In this document: positions 37,899 through 47,882 of the stretch, piece after piece
How the letters are laid out: each line of letters begins with the position of its first letter
Position numbering within the stretch: position 1 is the first letter of the stretch
Source of the DNA: Gemmatimonadaceae bacterium
GTDB lineage: Bacteria > Gemmatimonadota > Gemmatimonadetes > Gemmatimonadales > Gemmatimonadaceae
Direction of reading: 5' to 3'
DNA length: 64,000 nucleotides
NCBI GenBank assembly: GCA_046261975.1
Contig: JBHENQ010000107.1
Coordinates: 11,006 to 75,005, forward strand
The notes under the pieces: generated by a model
The model's input: the letters and a program-made list of their open reading frames with translations, nothing else
Told to the model about the DNA's origin: nothing
The model's database searches: none
Translations under genes and position numbers: made by a program

Positions 37899-38351
37899 CT
37901 ACTCGATCTTGAACTCCTCCGATTCGACCACTGACCCATTCAGAAGGACCTCGAGCTTGTATTTCCCTTTTGGCAGTCCGCCCGGCTTGCTGATGTGAAA
38001 TTCCGTCACGGACGGCCCGGTTGGGGATACTGTTTGGCTGGTCTCCTCGACAACTTGACCGTCTTCGAAGGTCCACCGGGCTTTTAGCTCGGCGTTGGAG
38101 GCCGAGCCTGTCGTGGCGACGGACGCATAGACTACATCGCCTGGATCAAAGTCGTCAGTCTTGTCGACGACGCGCTTATCAGCGTCGACACCTTTGCCGA
38201 GTTCTACCTCGGTGACGGCCAGATTGGCCACCGTCGCCACAGCTCCGGCGTCTCTCTCCTCAGTCTTATCCGTCTTGCCGCAAGCCGCTGCAGCAACAAG
38301 CAAGCACAGGGCGAGCGCGCTAGCGCGCCCAGTTAGCGTGTAGTGCGACAT
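37899..38351 (-). CDS. hypothetical lipoprotein
   Basis: Signal peptide with lipobox LVAAAAC. 150 aa, Thr/Val/Glu-rich beta-type sequence, no known motif. Stop codon abuts the repeat array. Confidence 0.5.
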   Translation of the reverse strand: MSHYTLTGRASALALCLLVAAAACGKTDKTEERDAGAVATVANLAVTEVELGKGVDADKRVVDKTDDFDPGDVVYASVATTGSASNAELKARWTFEDGQVVEETSQTVSPTGPSVTEFHISKPGGLPKGKYKLEVLLNGSVVESEEFKIE

Positions 38352-38378
38352 TCCATGTCCTCCATCGAGCGTGACAGG

Positions 38379-38693
38379 TTACGGTAGCGTGAGCGTCTGA
38401 CCCGGATATATGAGATCGGGGTCTTTGATGATATTCCTGTTCGCTTCATAGATCTTGTGCCACTGCTGCGCATCTCCATACTCGTGCTTGGCGATCTTCG
38501 ACAGGCTGTCGCCGGCCTTCACGGTGTACGTCCGCTTGGAGATGACATCCGCAAGCGGTCCCTGCCCAGCCGGTCCGGCTGTCGTATCTCGCGCGGGTGC
38601 GGTAGACGAGCTGCCGCCCTGCACGTTCGAGAAATCGGCTGGACGCTTGTTCTTGTCGTCATCAGTGCCGAAAATCTTGTCCAGAAGTCCCAT
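38379..38693 (-). CDS. LysM peptidoglycan-binding domain protein
   Basis: C-terminal LysM: YTVKAGDSLSKIAKHEYGD...IYPGQTLTLP. 104 aa. Confidence 0.75.
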   Translation of the reverse strand: MGLLDKIFGTDDDKNKRPADFSNVQGGSSSTAPARDTTAGPAGQGPLADVISKRTYTVKAGDSLSKIAKHEYGDAQQWHKIYEANRNIIKDPDLIYPGQTLTLP

Positions 38694-38791
38694 GATTCAC
38701 CTCGTATTACTGGTCGTGGCCGTCTGTGCTGCCAGTGTGGCCATACAACGCTGCTTCTAAGTGCATGATTCGTTCCTCTTTTGCCTGGCGC

Positions 38792-40099
38792 TCAGCGTGA
38801 CGTGCGTCTCCCGCCCCGAATCCCGCGGCCTTTCCCCTTTTCACGCCCACGCTGCTCCGTCTGAGCTGCGTGGCGTTCCGCTTTAACCTTGGAGCGGGCC
38901 CGGTCTTCGGCCTTTTTCGAGCGGATCGCCGCGATTCGCTCGGCGAGCGGGACTTCGAGACTCACCTCGGGCCGAGCGCGATAGTTGAAGTCCGGCACGA
39001 TCACCCGCGGTAGCCGCTTGCCAATTGCACGCTCGATCTGACGAAGGTCCGGCTCCTCCTCTGGCGACACGAAGGTGAACGCATCGCCGGTCAATTCTGC
39101 CCGTGCCGTGCGACCGACGCGATGGATGTAGTCGTCCGCAACCGCCGGCACGTCGAAGTTCACGACATGCCCGAGCGCCTCCACATCTATCCCCCGGGCT
39201 GCGATGTTCGTCGCGACAAGGACACGGTACTTTCCGCTCTTGAACCCCGCGAGTGCCTCGGTCCGCTGCGGCTGAGATCGGTTGCCGTGAATGCGTTCCG
39301 CATTCACTCCGTGGCGAACCAGAAATTTCGCTAGGCGATCAGCACGGTGTTTCGTCCGAGTAAAGACCAGGACGTCCTGCATCTCGCCTCGTTCGAGCAG
39401 AGCGACCAGAAGCGAGGACTTGAGCTCTTGCTCGACGGGGTACACGGCTTGGGTAATGCCAACCGCAGGCGCCGCCTGGCGTTGAAGATTGATCTTCGCG
39501 GGGTTACGGAGCATCTCGCTGGTAAGCGTCGCGATGGGGGCAGGCATGGTAGCACTGAATAGGAGCGTCTGTCGCCGCGCCGGAAGGTGGCGCAGGATAC
39601 GGCGGATATCGGGGAGGAAGCCCATGTCGAGCATGCGGTCGGCTTCGTCCAGCACGAGGTACTCGAGCTTGTCGAGCTTGGCATACGGTGCCCTGAAATG
39701 GTCGATCAAGCGACCAGGCGTGGCAATCAGAACGTCCGCCCCACTCCGGAAAGCATGTTCCTGAGGACCCATTCCCACGCCACCGTAGATTGCCGCTCCG
39801 GTAAGCGGAGTATGCACCGCCAGATCATTTAGGTCCTCAAGAATTTGGGCCGCGAGCTCCCGGGTGGGTGTGATGACGAGTGCGCGTGTTACGCCACGTG
39901 GACGGCCAATCAATAGGTGCAGGATAGGCAGAAGAAACGCCGCGGTCTTGCCACTTCCGGTCATAGCGCACGCGAGCACATCTCGTCCTGCAAGCGCAGG
40001 CGGAATTGCGTCGGTCTGAATCGGCGTCGGGCGGGCGAAGCCAAGCTCCTTTAGGCTCTTGAGCAGGTCCGCATGGAGTCCGAGAGTGCTGAAGGGCAC
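38792..40099 (-). CDS. DEAD-box ATP-dependent RNA helicase (RhlE-like) with basic C-terminal tail
   Basis: Q motif, Walker A AMTGSGKT, PTRELA, DEAD (VLDEAD), SAT, HRVGRTAR. Arg/Gly-rich C-terminus. 435 aa. Confidence 0.9.
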   Translation of the reverse strand: MPFSTLGLHADLLKSLKELGFARPTPIQTDAIPPALAGRDVLACAMTGSGKTAAFLLPILHLLIGRPRGVTRALVITPTRELAAQILEDLNDLAVHTPLTGAAIYGGVGMGPQEHAFRSGADVLIATPGRLIDHFRAPYAKLDKLEYLVLDEADRMLDMGFLPDIRRILRHLPARRQTLLFSATMPAPIATLTSEMLRNPAKINLQRQAAPAVGITQAVYPVEQELKSSLLVALLERGEMQDVLVFTRTKHRADRLAKFLVRHGVNAERIHGNRSQPQRTEALAGFKSGKYRVLVATNIAARGIDVEALGHVVNFDVPAVADDYIHRVGRTARAELTGDAFTFVSPEEEPDLRQIERAIGKRLPRVIVPDFNYRARPEVSLEVPLAERIAAIRSKKAEDRARSKVKAERHAAQTEQRGREKGKGRGIRGGRRTSR

Positions 40100-40190
40100 G
40101 GTATCCTTGATTCAGATGATTGCCAGGTTCGCGCAAGCGAGAGCGGGCGCAACAGACTAGATTTAGGAAGACCAGCTGGCCGGAGAAACT

Positions 40191-40490
40191 ATGATCGGAG
40201 CGTTCCAGTTCGAAGAGAACGGCAAAACGTACAGTTGCCGTGTCGAAGGGCCAAGAGGACCAAGAACCGGGTCTTGGTGGTGGTTCGACGTTTCTGGGGA
40301 TGGACACCGTTATGCGCCGTTCCAGGCCCTTACGAGTGATACTCAGGCCTCAGTTCGGTCGCGAATCGTGACCTACTATAGTAATCATATCACGCTGCGT
40401 ACGATGCCCGCCGTCGCGCGGCAGCACTGGGCGCAGCGGCGCAAGGATGCAGCCGCGGCTGCAGCTCCGAGCACCCCTCCGGCAACCTGA
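40191..40490 (+). CDS. hypothetical small protein (99 aa)
   Basis: ORF with GGAGAA 5 nt upstream of the ATG. Trp/Gly-rich N-terminal half (MIGAFQFEENGKTYSCRVEG...WWWFDVSGDGHRY). Ends 1 nt before the convergent ettA stop. No homology recognised. Confidence 0.4.
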   Translation: MIGAFQFEENGKTYSCRVEGPRGPRTGSWWWFDVSGDGHRYAPFQALTSDTQASVRSRIVTYYSNHITLRTMPAVARQHWAQRRKDAAAAAAPSTPPAT

Positions 40491-40491
40491 G

Positions 40492-42168
40492 TTAGCGCCG
40501 AATCAGCTTTTTGTACGCGATTCGGTGCGGTTCAGCCGCGCCGGCTCCTTTGCGCTTCACCAGGTCAACCTCGTATTCCTGGTAGTTTCCCTCGAACCAG
40601 ACCGCTTCGCTGTCGCCCTCGAACGCCAACATGTGCGTCGCGATGCGGTCGAGAAACCAACGGTCGTGCGTGATTAATACGGCGCAGCCTGCGAAATCCG
40701 CAAGCGCGTCCTCGAGAGCACGCAGGGTGTCGACGTCCAGATCGTTCGTGGGTTCATCGAGCAGAAGCAGGTTGCCGCCACTCTTGAGCACCTTGGCGAG
40801 ATGCAGCCTGTTGCGCTCCCCGCCTGACAGGTCCTTCACTTTCTTCTGCTGGTCAGCGCCTTTGAAGTTGAAGCTCGCGAGATAGGCGCGTGAGTTGATC
40901 GTTCTTTTCCCGACCTGAAGCTCTTCCTGACCACCAGTTACTTCCTGCCACACGCTGTGCGACGCGGCCAATTCGCGCGACTGGTCTACGTAGGCGATCT
41001 GCACGGTGTCGCCGATGGTAAGAGTTCCAGCATCGGGCTTCTCCGCTCCCGCGATCATGCGAAACAGCGTCGTCTTTCCGGCGCCATTCGGGCCAATCAC
41101 GCCCACGATTCCGCCGCGCGGCAGGGAGAAGGACAAACCATCGAAGAGAAGATTATCGCCGTAAGCTTTCCGCAGGGCCTTCGCGATCACCACATCGTTC
41201 CCAAGCCTCGCCGGCGGCGGAATCACGATTTCTTGTTGCAACACACGCTCGGCCTGCTCTTGCCCGGCCAGCTCCTCGAATCGCTGGATCCGGGCCCTGC
41301 TCTTGGCTTGCCTCGCTCGGGGTGCCATGCGAACCCAGTCGAGCTCACGCTCGAGCGTGCGTTGTCGCGCGGATTGCTGTTTCTCCTCCTGCGCGAGACG
41401 CGTGCGTTTCTGCTCGAGCCACGATGAGTAATTCCCCTCCCACGGAATGCCGTGGCCGCGATCAAGCTCCAGGATCCACTTAGCAACGTTGTCTAGGAAG
41501 TATCGGTCGTGGGTGACTGCCACCACCGTTCCCGGAAACTCAGCGAGATGCCGTTCGAGCCAGGCCACCGATTCAGCATCCAGATGATTGGTCGGCTCAT
41601 CGAGCAGTAGCAGATCCGGCTGCTCCAGCAGTACTCGGCACAGTGCGACGCGGCGCTTTTCGCCGCCGGAGAGACGGATGACGTCCGCGTCGGCTGGTGG
41701 GAGTCTGAGCGCGTCCATCGCGATCTCGATCTTGCGATCCAACTCCCATGCGCCCGCGGCTTCAATTCTTTCCTGGACGGCGGCTTGCTCGTCGAGCAAC
41801 TTGGCCATCGCCGCATCGTCCATGGGCTCGGCGAATCTCAAAGAGATCTCTTCGAACCGGGCGAGAAGTGCGCGAGTTCCCGACACTGCTACTTCCACGT
41901 TTTCCCGAACGTTCTTCCGCGGATCGAGCTGAGGCTCCTGTGCTAGGTAGGCTACTCGAGTTCCCTCGGCAGGCCAAGCCTCGCCCTGAAAATCGTGGTC
42001 CTCGCCTGCCATGATCCGAAGTAGCGACGACTTGCCCGCACCGTTCGCGCCGAGCACACCGATTTTCGCTCCTGGATAGAAAGAGAGCCATATACCGCGC
42101 AAAATCTCCCTGCTGGGAGGAACGACCTTGCGCAGGTCTTTCATTACGTAAATGAATTGCGGAGCCAC
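40492..42168 (-). CDS. ettA: energy-dependent translational throttle protein EttA (ABC-F ATPase)
   Basis: 558 aa. Near-colinear match to the EttA pattern: [41 protein letters not shown], two ABC cassettes with LSGGE signatures, arm and P-site tRNA-interacting linker. Confidence 0.9.
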   Translation of the reverse strand: MAPQFIYVMKDLRKVVPPSREILRGIWLSFYPGAKIGVLGANGAGKSSLLRIMAGEDHDFQGEAWPAEGTRVAYLAQEPQLDPRKNVRENVEVAVSGTRALLARFEEISLRFAEPMDDAAMAKLLDEQAAVQERIEAAGAWELDRKIEIAMDALRLPPADADVIRLSGGEKRRVALCRVLLEQPDLLLLDEPTNHLDAESVAWLERHLAEFPGTVVAVTHDRYFLDNVAKWILELDRGHGIPWEGNYSSWLEQKRTRLAQEEKQQSARQRTLERELDWVRMAPRARQAKSRARIQRFEELAGQEQAERVLQQEIVIPPPARLGNDVVIAKALRKAYGDNLLFDGLSFSLPRGGIVGVIGPNGAGKTTLFRMIAGAEKPDAGTLTIGDTVQIAYVDQSRELAASHSVWQEVTGGQEELQVGKRTINSRAYLASFNFKGADQQKKVKDLSGGERNRLHLAKVLKSGGNLLLLDEPTNDLDVDTLRALEDALADFAGCAVLITHDRWFLDRIATHMLAFEGDSEAVWFEGNYQEYEVDLVKRKGAGAAEPHRIAYKKLIRR

Positions 42169-42175
42169 TGAGAAC

Positions 42176-42311
42176 TAGGGATTAGGGATCAGGGATTGGG
42201 GATTAGGGAACGGAAACTTGGGCCCTGTGCGTCGGGCCGGCTATGGAGAGTCCGCAGTGGTATTCCCTAATCCCTAATCCCTAATCCCTAATCCCTAATT
42301 CCTAATCCCTA
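42176..42311. repeat. inverted telomere-like heptamer arrays: (GGGATTA)x5 - 50-nt spacer - (CCCTAAT)x7
   Basis: Read directly. Between the ettA start and the TolB-like gene stop. The last 4 codons (G-I-R-N-stop) of the TolB-like ORF lie inside the right arm. Confidence 0.95.
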
Positions 42312-43206
42312 GCACCGCCGGGCTGCGGTCGTTGCTGGCGCGATTCACCAGGATTCGAGCCTGCGTGCCGGCGCCGGAATAGAAGACTATGTCGCCGTTG
42401 TCGCCATAGGCTCTGTTCACCGCGAGGCAACCATGATCGTAGCACGCGGGCTCGCCAAGACCGGCCGCGCTCGATGCATAAGGCGCGACCTCCAGCGTCG
42501 CGATATTGACCATCCGGACCTCAGTGACACCGCCGCTTGCGACGAAGTAGACATTGCCTCCGTCAGCACTCCACTGTGGATCGAAGGCACCGCCACTCTC
42601 CGACGTCAACTGCTGGGCGCTGCCCCCAGTCGACGGCACAATGTACACCTGCGATGTTCCCGTTCTGGTAGAGGTAAAGGCAAGTTGGTCACCCGCAGGA
42701 CTCCAGGCCGGCGATCTCTCCGGGACGTACTCCGTAGCGCCAGTTGCAAGCGGCGATGGGTTGGTCCCATCGGCTCGCATAGTCCAGAGTCTCGGCGTGC
42801 CACCCCGGTTGCTGACGAACGCTATGGTGCCACCTCCCGGTCCCAGCACCGGATGCTCATCGAGTCCCACGGACTCGGTGAGGCGACGCGGAGCTACTCC
42901 CTCAAGATCCGAAACGTATATCTCCGGGTCTCCATCCCTGTAGGATGTGAAGACGAGCCGGTCGGCCGCGACGTGAGGGTCACGATCGGTCATGTCACTG
43001 AACGTTAGCCGGACTATCGAGTCGTTTCGGAAGCGGTAGAGCTGGTCGTTACCGCTCGAGTCGGAGACGAAGATGAAGGCTGGAGACGCAGCGGCCGGCA
43101 TATGGTCTGGTGAAGTTGCGTCGCTACATGCCCCCCCCACAGGCATCGAAATCGCAGCTAGCAAGATGCAGCGAAGCGCCGTGTTTTTCCGGGAAGGAGC
43201 GGGCAT
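42295..43206 (-). CDS. TolB-like PD40 beta-propeller lipoprotein
   Basis: Lipoprotein signal (LLAAISMPVGGAC). Repeated PD40 units (..SPAWSPDG.., ..FVSNRGG.., ..DGTNPS..). Start at Met 43204-43206. Confidence 0.7.
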   Translation of the reverse strand: MPAPSRKNTALRCILLAAISMPVGGACSDATSPDHMPAAASPAFIFVSDSSGNDQLYRFRNDSIVRLTFSDMTDRDPHVAADRLVFTSYRDGDPEIYVSDLEGVAPRRLTESVGLDEHPVLGPGGGTIAFVSNRGGTPRLWTMRADGTNPSPLATGATEYVPERSPAWSPAGDQLAFTSTRTGTSQVYIVPSTGGSAQQLTSESGGAFDPQWSADGGNVYFVASGGVTEVRMVNIATLEVAPYASSAAGLGEPACYDHGCLAVNRAYGDNGDIVFYSGAGTQARILVNRASNDRSPAVLGIRN

Positions 43207-43382
43207 GTAGAGCTCCGAGAGAATCCAGTGCAGGCCTGCGGTGGGGTGGGGGGCACTTGAGGCCAACCCCTTCCCTCATCTGCGACGGACGGCTCTCCCG
43301 AACTGTCACATTATGGTCGCCTCATGAGCAAATCTTCATCGGGCGTACTCGAGCATGACGCGCCGAGAGACTTCATGCCCTC

Positions 43383-45647
43383 CTAAACAGGGAACAACAT
43401 CTCGCGGTATTTCGGGAGCGGCCAGAAATCATCACCGACCATGACCTCCAAGGCGTCCGAAGCTGCACGTGCGTTGGCCATTCGATCGGCCCCTTCCGAG
43501 GTGAGAAACTGCGCCTGCCCCACCAGATCGTCGTGCATGAATTCCGAACGTTCGATCGCCTTCCCCAACGCCGTGCTGCCTTTGCTCAGTTGCTCGATCA
43601 GCTTCCCTACCTTGTTGGCTGCTTCAACCTGCGGGATGACCTTGATACCCGCAGTCTTGGACTGCGCGGCAGCCGACGCGAGGCTACCGTGATAGGCGAA
43701 TGCACCTGGAAGGACCATCGTGTCTATGATCTGCTGTAGCGTGTGCATCTCGATGAGCATGTCCTTCACGTACCGTTCAAGACGCACGTGATAGCGCGAC
43801 TCGAGCTCCTCCTTGCTCAGAATTCCAAGATTGATGAGTAGGGCTCGCGATTGTTTCGTGACCAGCTGGGCTAGTGCCTCCGGCGTGCGCCGAAAATTGG
43901 GCAATCCGCGTTTGTCCGCCTCAACGACCCATTCCTCGGAGTAGTTGTTCCCTTCGAACCTGACTGCTGAAGTTTGCTTGAAGGACTTCGCCACAACTTT
44001 CAGAACGGCGTCATCCACCGACTTCGTGCGCTTCATGGTCTCGCGGAGGTCTGACGTAACCTCACCGATTGCCTCTGCGACCGTTGCATTCAGAAGCGTG
44101 ATCGGTGCGGCTATGGACGCGGAACCCCCGACCGCGCGGTACTCGAACTTGTTCCCAGTGAAGGCAAAGGGCGACGTGCGGTTGCGATCGGTGTTGTCCT
44201 TCTCGATCTCCGGCAGCTTCGCGACTCCGAGCTTGATTAGTTGTTGCGCAGCACTGACACCGCTTTTCGAGCTCTTCCCAGCGGCAATGTCCTCGATCAG
44301 GCGGGTAAGCATGTCGCCCATGAACACGGAGATGATCGCGGGAGGCGCCTCGTTGGCTCCCAGGCGGTGCTCGTTCCCGGAAGTCGCGATTCCCGCTCGC
44401 AAGAGACCGGCATGCTTGTGGACGGCCTTGAGTACCGCCGCGAGGAAAATCAGGAAGCGGAGATTTTGATGGGGCGTCTTTCCAGGCTTGAGCAAGTTGT
44501 TACCATCGAGCTCCGAGTTATCGGCGATGATCGCCATGGACCAGTTGCAGTGCTTGCCCGAGCCATTGATGCCCGCAAAGGGCTTCTCATGCAGTAGGGC
44601 CTGCAGGCCGTGACGCAGCGCAATGCGCCGCAGCGTTGCCATGACGAGCTGGTTATGATCGACCGCCAGGTCGGTCTCCTCGAAGATCGGGGCCATCTCG
44701 AACTGGCAAGGCGCCACCTCGTTGTGTCGCGTCATGATGGGCACGCCAAGCTTGTAGAGCTCGAACTCCACTTCTGAAAGGCACGCCTGTATACGCTCCG
44801 GAATCCCCCCGAAGTAGTGATCCTCGAGTTGCTGGCCACGTGGCGGCGGAGCGCCGATCAGCGTGCGACCCCCCATAACCAGGTCCGGCCGCAAGGCGAA
44901 GTGTTTCCTGTCGATAAGGAAGTACTCCTGTTCCGGTCCCAACGTTGTGAAGACGCGCTGGACGCCCTTGTCTCCGAGCAGTTCAAGCAGCTCGATTGCC
45001 TTCTCGGAAAGGACGTCCGAGCTCCGGAGAAGCGGCGTCATCTCGTCGAGTGCTTCGCCGTTGTACCCAATGAAGACGGATGGGATGCACAGCGTTCGGA
45101 GCCCTTGGCCCTCGACGATGAACACCGGGCTGGCGGGGTTCCAGGCGGTATAGCCGCGCGCTTCCCACGTGGCGCGCAGACCGCCCGACGGAAAACTGGA
45201 CGCATCGGGCTCACTCTGGATGAGCTGAGCTGCGGTGAATGACTCTATAGCCTGCTGGTTATCGTCAAAAGACAGAAAGGCGTCGTGCTTCTCAGCGGTG
45301 AGTCCGGTCTGCGGCTGGAACCAGTGTGTGAAGTGCGTCACTCCACGAGAGATAGCCCAGTCCTTGATCGCTTGCGCTACCGTCGGCGCAATGTCCAGGT
45401 CAAGCTTCTTACCCTGGCGGATGCAGGCTAGCAGTCGGGCGTAAACATCCTTGGGTAACTTGTCTCGCATCTGGCGCGCGCCGAAGGTATTGATCCCGAA
45501 ATACTCGGACGTTCGGCGATGTCCCATACCGTTGGATGTGTTCGTTCCATTGGCGGAAGGCAAGTGCGAAAGACGCCCTGCTATATCCTGCAGTACCGCT
45601 TTTCGGGGGTTCAATGCTGACGTGGGCATTTGATGAGACGACTCCAT
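43383..45647 (-). CDS. glnN: glutamine synthetase type III
   Basis: About 750 aa. N-terminal SEYFGINTFG...THFTHWFQP and catalytic-domain motifs of GSIII (GlnN). Confidence 0.8.
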   Translation of the reverse strand: MESSHQMPTSALNPRKAVLQDIAGRLSHLPSANGTNTSNGMGHRRTSEYFGINTFGARQMRDKLPKDVYARLLACIRQGKKLDLDIAPTVAQAIKDWAISRGVTHFTHWFQPQTGLTAEKHDAFLSFDDNQQAIESFTAAQLIQSEPDASSFPSGGLRATWEARGYTAWNPASPVFIVEGQGLRTLCIPSVFIGYNGEALDEMTPLLRSSDVLSEKAIELLELLGDKGVQRVFTTLGPEQEYFLIDRKHFALRPDLVMGGRTLIGAPPPRGQQLEDHYFGGIPERIQACLSEVEFELYKLGVPIMTRHNEVAPCQFEMAPIFEETDLAVDHNQLVMATLRRIALRHGLQALLHEKPFAGINGSGKHCNWSMAIIADNSELDGNNLLKPGKTPHQNLRFLIFLAAVLKAVHKHAGLLRAGIATSGNEHRLGANEAPPAIISVFMGDMLTRLIEDIAAGKSSKSGVSAAQQLIKLGVAKLPEIEKDNTDRNRTSPFAFTGNKFEYRAVGGSASIAAPITLLNATVAEAIGEVTSDLRETMKRTKSVDDAVLKVVAKSFKQTSAVRFEGNNYSEEWVVEADKRGLPNFRRTPEALAQLVTKQSRALLINLGILSKEELESRYHVRLERYVKDMLIEMHTLQQIIDTMVLPGAFAYHGSLASAAAQSKTAGIKVIPQVEAANKVGKLIEQLSKGSTALGKAIERSEFMHDDLVGQAQFLTSEGADRMANARAASDALEVMVGDDFWPLPKYREMLFPV

Positions 45648-45880
45648 TCTTCGGGTTGGTTGTTCAGGCGGGTGGTATCAGAAATTTGCTCAAAATGCAT
45701 CAGAGAATCAAGTTTTAGCGATCAGAAGGACGAAAAGCTGCAAAATGCGCCTGCAATATTGCGCTGGATGCATTATTCATGCGACGGTATCCGGCTGAAA
45801 TTGAGCACTTCAGGCCGCTAGGCGCGGCCTCCACACCGCGCCGCAAGTCGATCGTTGCACTGGCTCCAGATCGGAGTGTC

Positions 45881-45921
45881 TACACCCTACACCCCACACC
45901 CCCCACCCCACACGCGACACC
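45881..45921. repeat. CCCCACA-type heptamer array (single arm, about x5) between glnA and glnN
   Basis: tacaccctacaccccacaccccccaccccacacgcgacacc read directly. Confidence 0.75.
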
Positions 45922-45928
45922 TGGCTTG

Positions 45929-47293
45929 TCAATACTTGGCCAGATAATTGTCTAACTCCCACTGTGAAACCTGCATGATGTAATCCTTCCATTCCTGTCG
46001 TTTCGCTTGCAGAAAGTGAGCGGTGATGTGCTCGCCCAGTGCTTGGGCTATTACCTCGTCCTTCTCGAGCTCGTCACAGGCCTCATTGAGATCCCCGGGT
46101 AAGTCGTCGATGCGAAGGCGGCGCTTCTCGCGATGGGACATTTCCCAGATGTTGGTGTTCACCGGCTCGCGCGCATCCGCTTTCGTCTCGATGCCGTCCA
46201 GCCCTGCCGCCAGCATGACTGCGAGGGCCAGATACGGGTTCGCTGCAGGATCTGGCATGCGGAGCTCGCATCGCGTGCCGAGCCCGCGCCTGTCCGGGAT
46301 GCGGATCATGGGTGACCGGTTGCGCATGGACCAGGCTACGTTTACGGGGGCTTCGAAACCAGGCACCAGTCTCTTGTAGGAATTCACGAGCGGATTCGTG
46401 ATGGCGCTGTATCCTCGCGCATGACGCAACAGGCCGCCGATGTAGTGAAGAGCCACGTCCGAAAGCTCCCACTGCGCATTCTCATCCCAAAATGCGTTCT
46501 TGTTTCCCCTGAATAACGACTGGTGGGTGTGCATTCCGCTCCCGTTCTGGCCAAAAATCGGCTTGGGCATGAACGAGGCAATGAGCCCGAACTGCTCGGC
46601 AACGTATTTTACAACGAACCGAAAGGTTGCGATGTTGTCGGCCGTGGTGAGTGCGTCGGTATAGCGGAAGTCGATTTCGTGCTGGCCGTGAGCGACTTCG
46701 TGATGAGCAGCTTCGACCTCGAAGTCCATCTTCTCCAGAACGTCCACGATGGCCCGCCGGGCGTTCTCGCCAAGGTCGACCGGGGCCAGGTCGAAATACC
46801 CTCCCACATCGTGTGTGACAGTGGAAGCCTCACCGTCCTCATCTCGCTTGAACATGAAGAATTCGGCTTCCATCCCGGCCTTCATCGTGTAGCCGAGCTT
46901 CGCTGCCCTTGCTATCTGCCGCTTGAGCACAGCTCGCGGATCCCCTGGGAAGGGAGTGCCATCAGGGGTGTTGATGTCGCAAATAATGCGCGCAACGCGA
47001 CTCTCACCCGAGGTCCACGGAAAAATCTGAAACGTGCCCAGGTCGGGTGACAGCAACATGTCCGACTCCTCTATTCGGACGAAACCTTCGATGGAAGACC
47101 CGTCGAACATGATGTCTCCCTCGAGCGCCTTCTCAAACTGCGAGGCGGGAACTTCCACGTTCTTGTTTACACCCAGTATGTCGGTGAACTGAAGTCTCAG
47201 AAAGCGCACGTTGTTCTCGGAGGCGAGATTAAGGATTTCCTTTTTGCTTCCGATGTTTAGACTTCGCGCTGCCACGCGGGCTTTGGACGGCAC
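45929..47293 (-). CDS. glnA: glutamine synthetase type I
   Basis: 454 aa. GSI beta-grasp N-domain (FTDILG, MFDGSSIEG) and catalytic motifs FMPKPIFGQNGSGMHTHQS, NSYKRLVPGFEAP. Confidence 0.9.
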   Translation of the reverse strand: MPSKARVAARSLNIGSKKEILNLASENNVRFLRLQFTDILGVNKNVEVPASQFEKALEGDIMFDGSSIEGFVRIEESDMLLSPDLGTFQIFPWTSGESRVARIICDINTPDGTPFPGDPRAVLKRQIARAAKLGYTMKAGMEAEFFMFKRDEDGEASTVTHDVGGYFDLAPVDLGENARRAIVDVLEKMDFEVEAAHHEVAHGQHEIDFRYTDALTTADNIATFRFVVKYVAEQFGLIASFMPKPIFGQNGSGMHTHQSLFRGNKNAFWDENAQWELSDVALHYIGGLLRHARGYSAITNPLVNSYKRLVPGFEAPVNVAWSMRNRSPMIRIPDRRGLGTRCELRMPDPAANPYLALAVMLAAGLDGIETKADAREPVNTNIWEMSHREKRRLRIDDLPGDLNEACDELEKDEVIAQALGEHITAHFLQAKRQEWKDYIMQVSQWELDNYLAKY

Positions 47294-47453
47294 GTAAGGG
47301 CTCCTTGCAGTCGAGTAGACGCCGTTTCCCGCACCTAATCTTCCGGAAGGACTCGAAAAGGGAAGTCGGCGTGCCGGCAGATTCCGGTTGCGCGGTTCTT
47401 GCTACAGGAAATCCCAGCCATTGCAGTCTCATCAGACCCGGAGGTCACGACCA

Positions 47454-47882
47454 ATGAAAGCAAAGGAAATAATGACTCCAAATCCGCGCTGCGTAACGCC
47501 AGATACGCGGCTTCAGAACGCGGCCCGGCTCATGAAGGAGGAAGACGTCGGTATTCTGCCCGTGGTGGACGAGATCGGATCGACGCGGCTGATTGGCGTA
47601 CTCACCGACCGCGACATCGCGCTTCGCTGTGTTGCCGAGGGTCATGATTCGTCCAAGTGTTCGGTCCGGGAAGTGATGACGACGGAGCTGCGCACCGCGC
47701 GCCCTGACCAGGAGGTAGATGAGGTTATGGATCTCATGGGGCGAGAACAGGTGCGCCGAATACCGATCGTCGACGAGAAAGGTGGTGTGGTTGGCATCAT
47801 CGCGCAGGCCGACATCATGTTGGAAGCCAATGACCGCAAGGCTGGAGAAACCGTAGAGGAAATCTCCATGGATAGGAGCTAG
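47454..47882 (+). CDS. CBS-domain pair protein
   Basis: Two CBS motifs (IMTPNPRCVTPDTRL...GILPVVDE; VMTTELRTARPDQEV...RRIPIVDE). GGAGGT upstream of ATG 47454. 142 aa. Confidence 0.75.
   Translation: MKAKEIMTPNPRCVTPDTRLQNAARLMKEEDVGILPVVDEIGSTRLIGVLTDRDIALRCVAEGHDSSKCSVREVMTTELRTARPDQEVDEVMDLMGREQVRRIPIVDEKGGVVGIIAQADIMLEANDRKAGETVEEISMDRS

Noticed and set aside
42176-42311. TTAGGGA/CCCTAAT arrays as telomeres of a linear replicon
   Set aside because: Internal to the window, present at three or more separate sites, only 4-7 copies each, always paired in inverted orientation and flanked by housekeeping genes.
45648-45800. Sigma54 promoter upstream of glnN (TGGTAT...TTGCT)
   Set aside because: GG to GC spacing is 12 not 10. 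The motif is on the wrong strand for the minus-strand gene.
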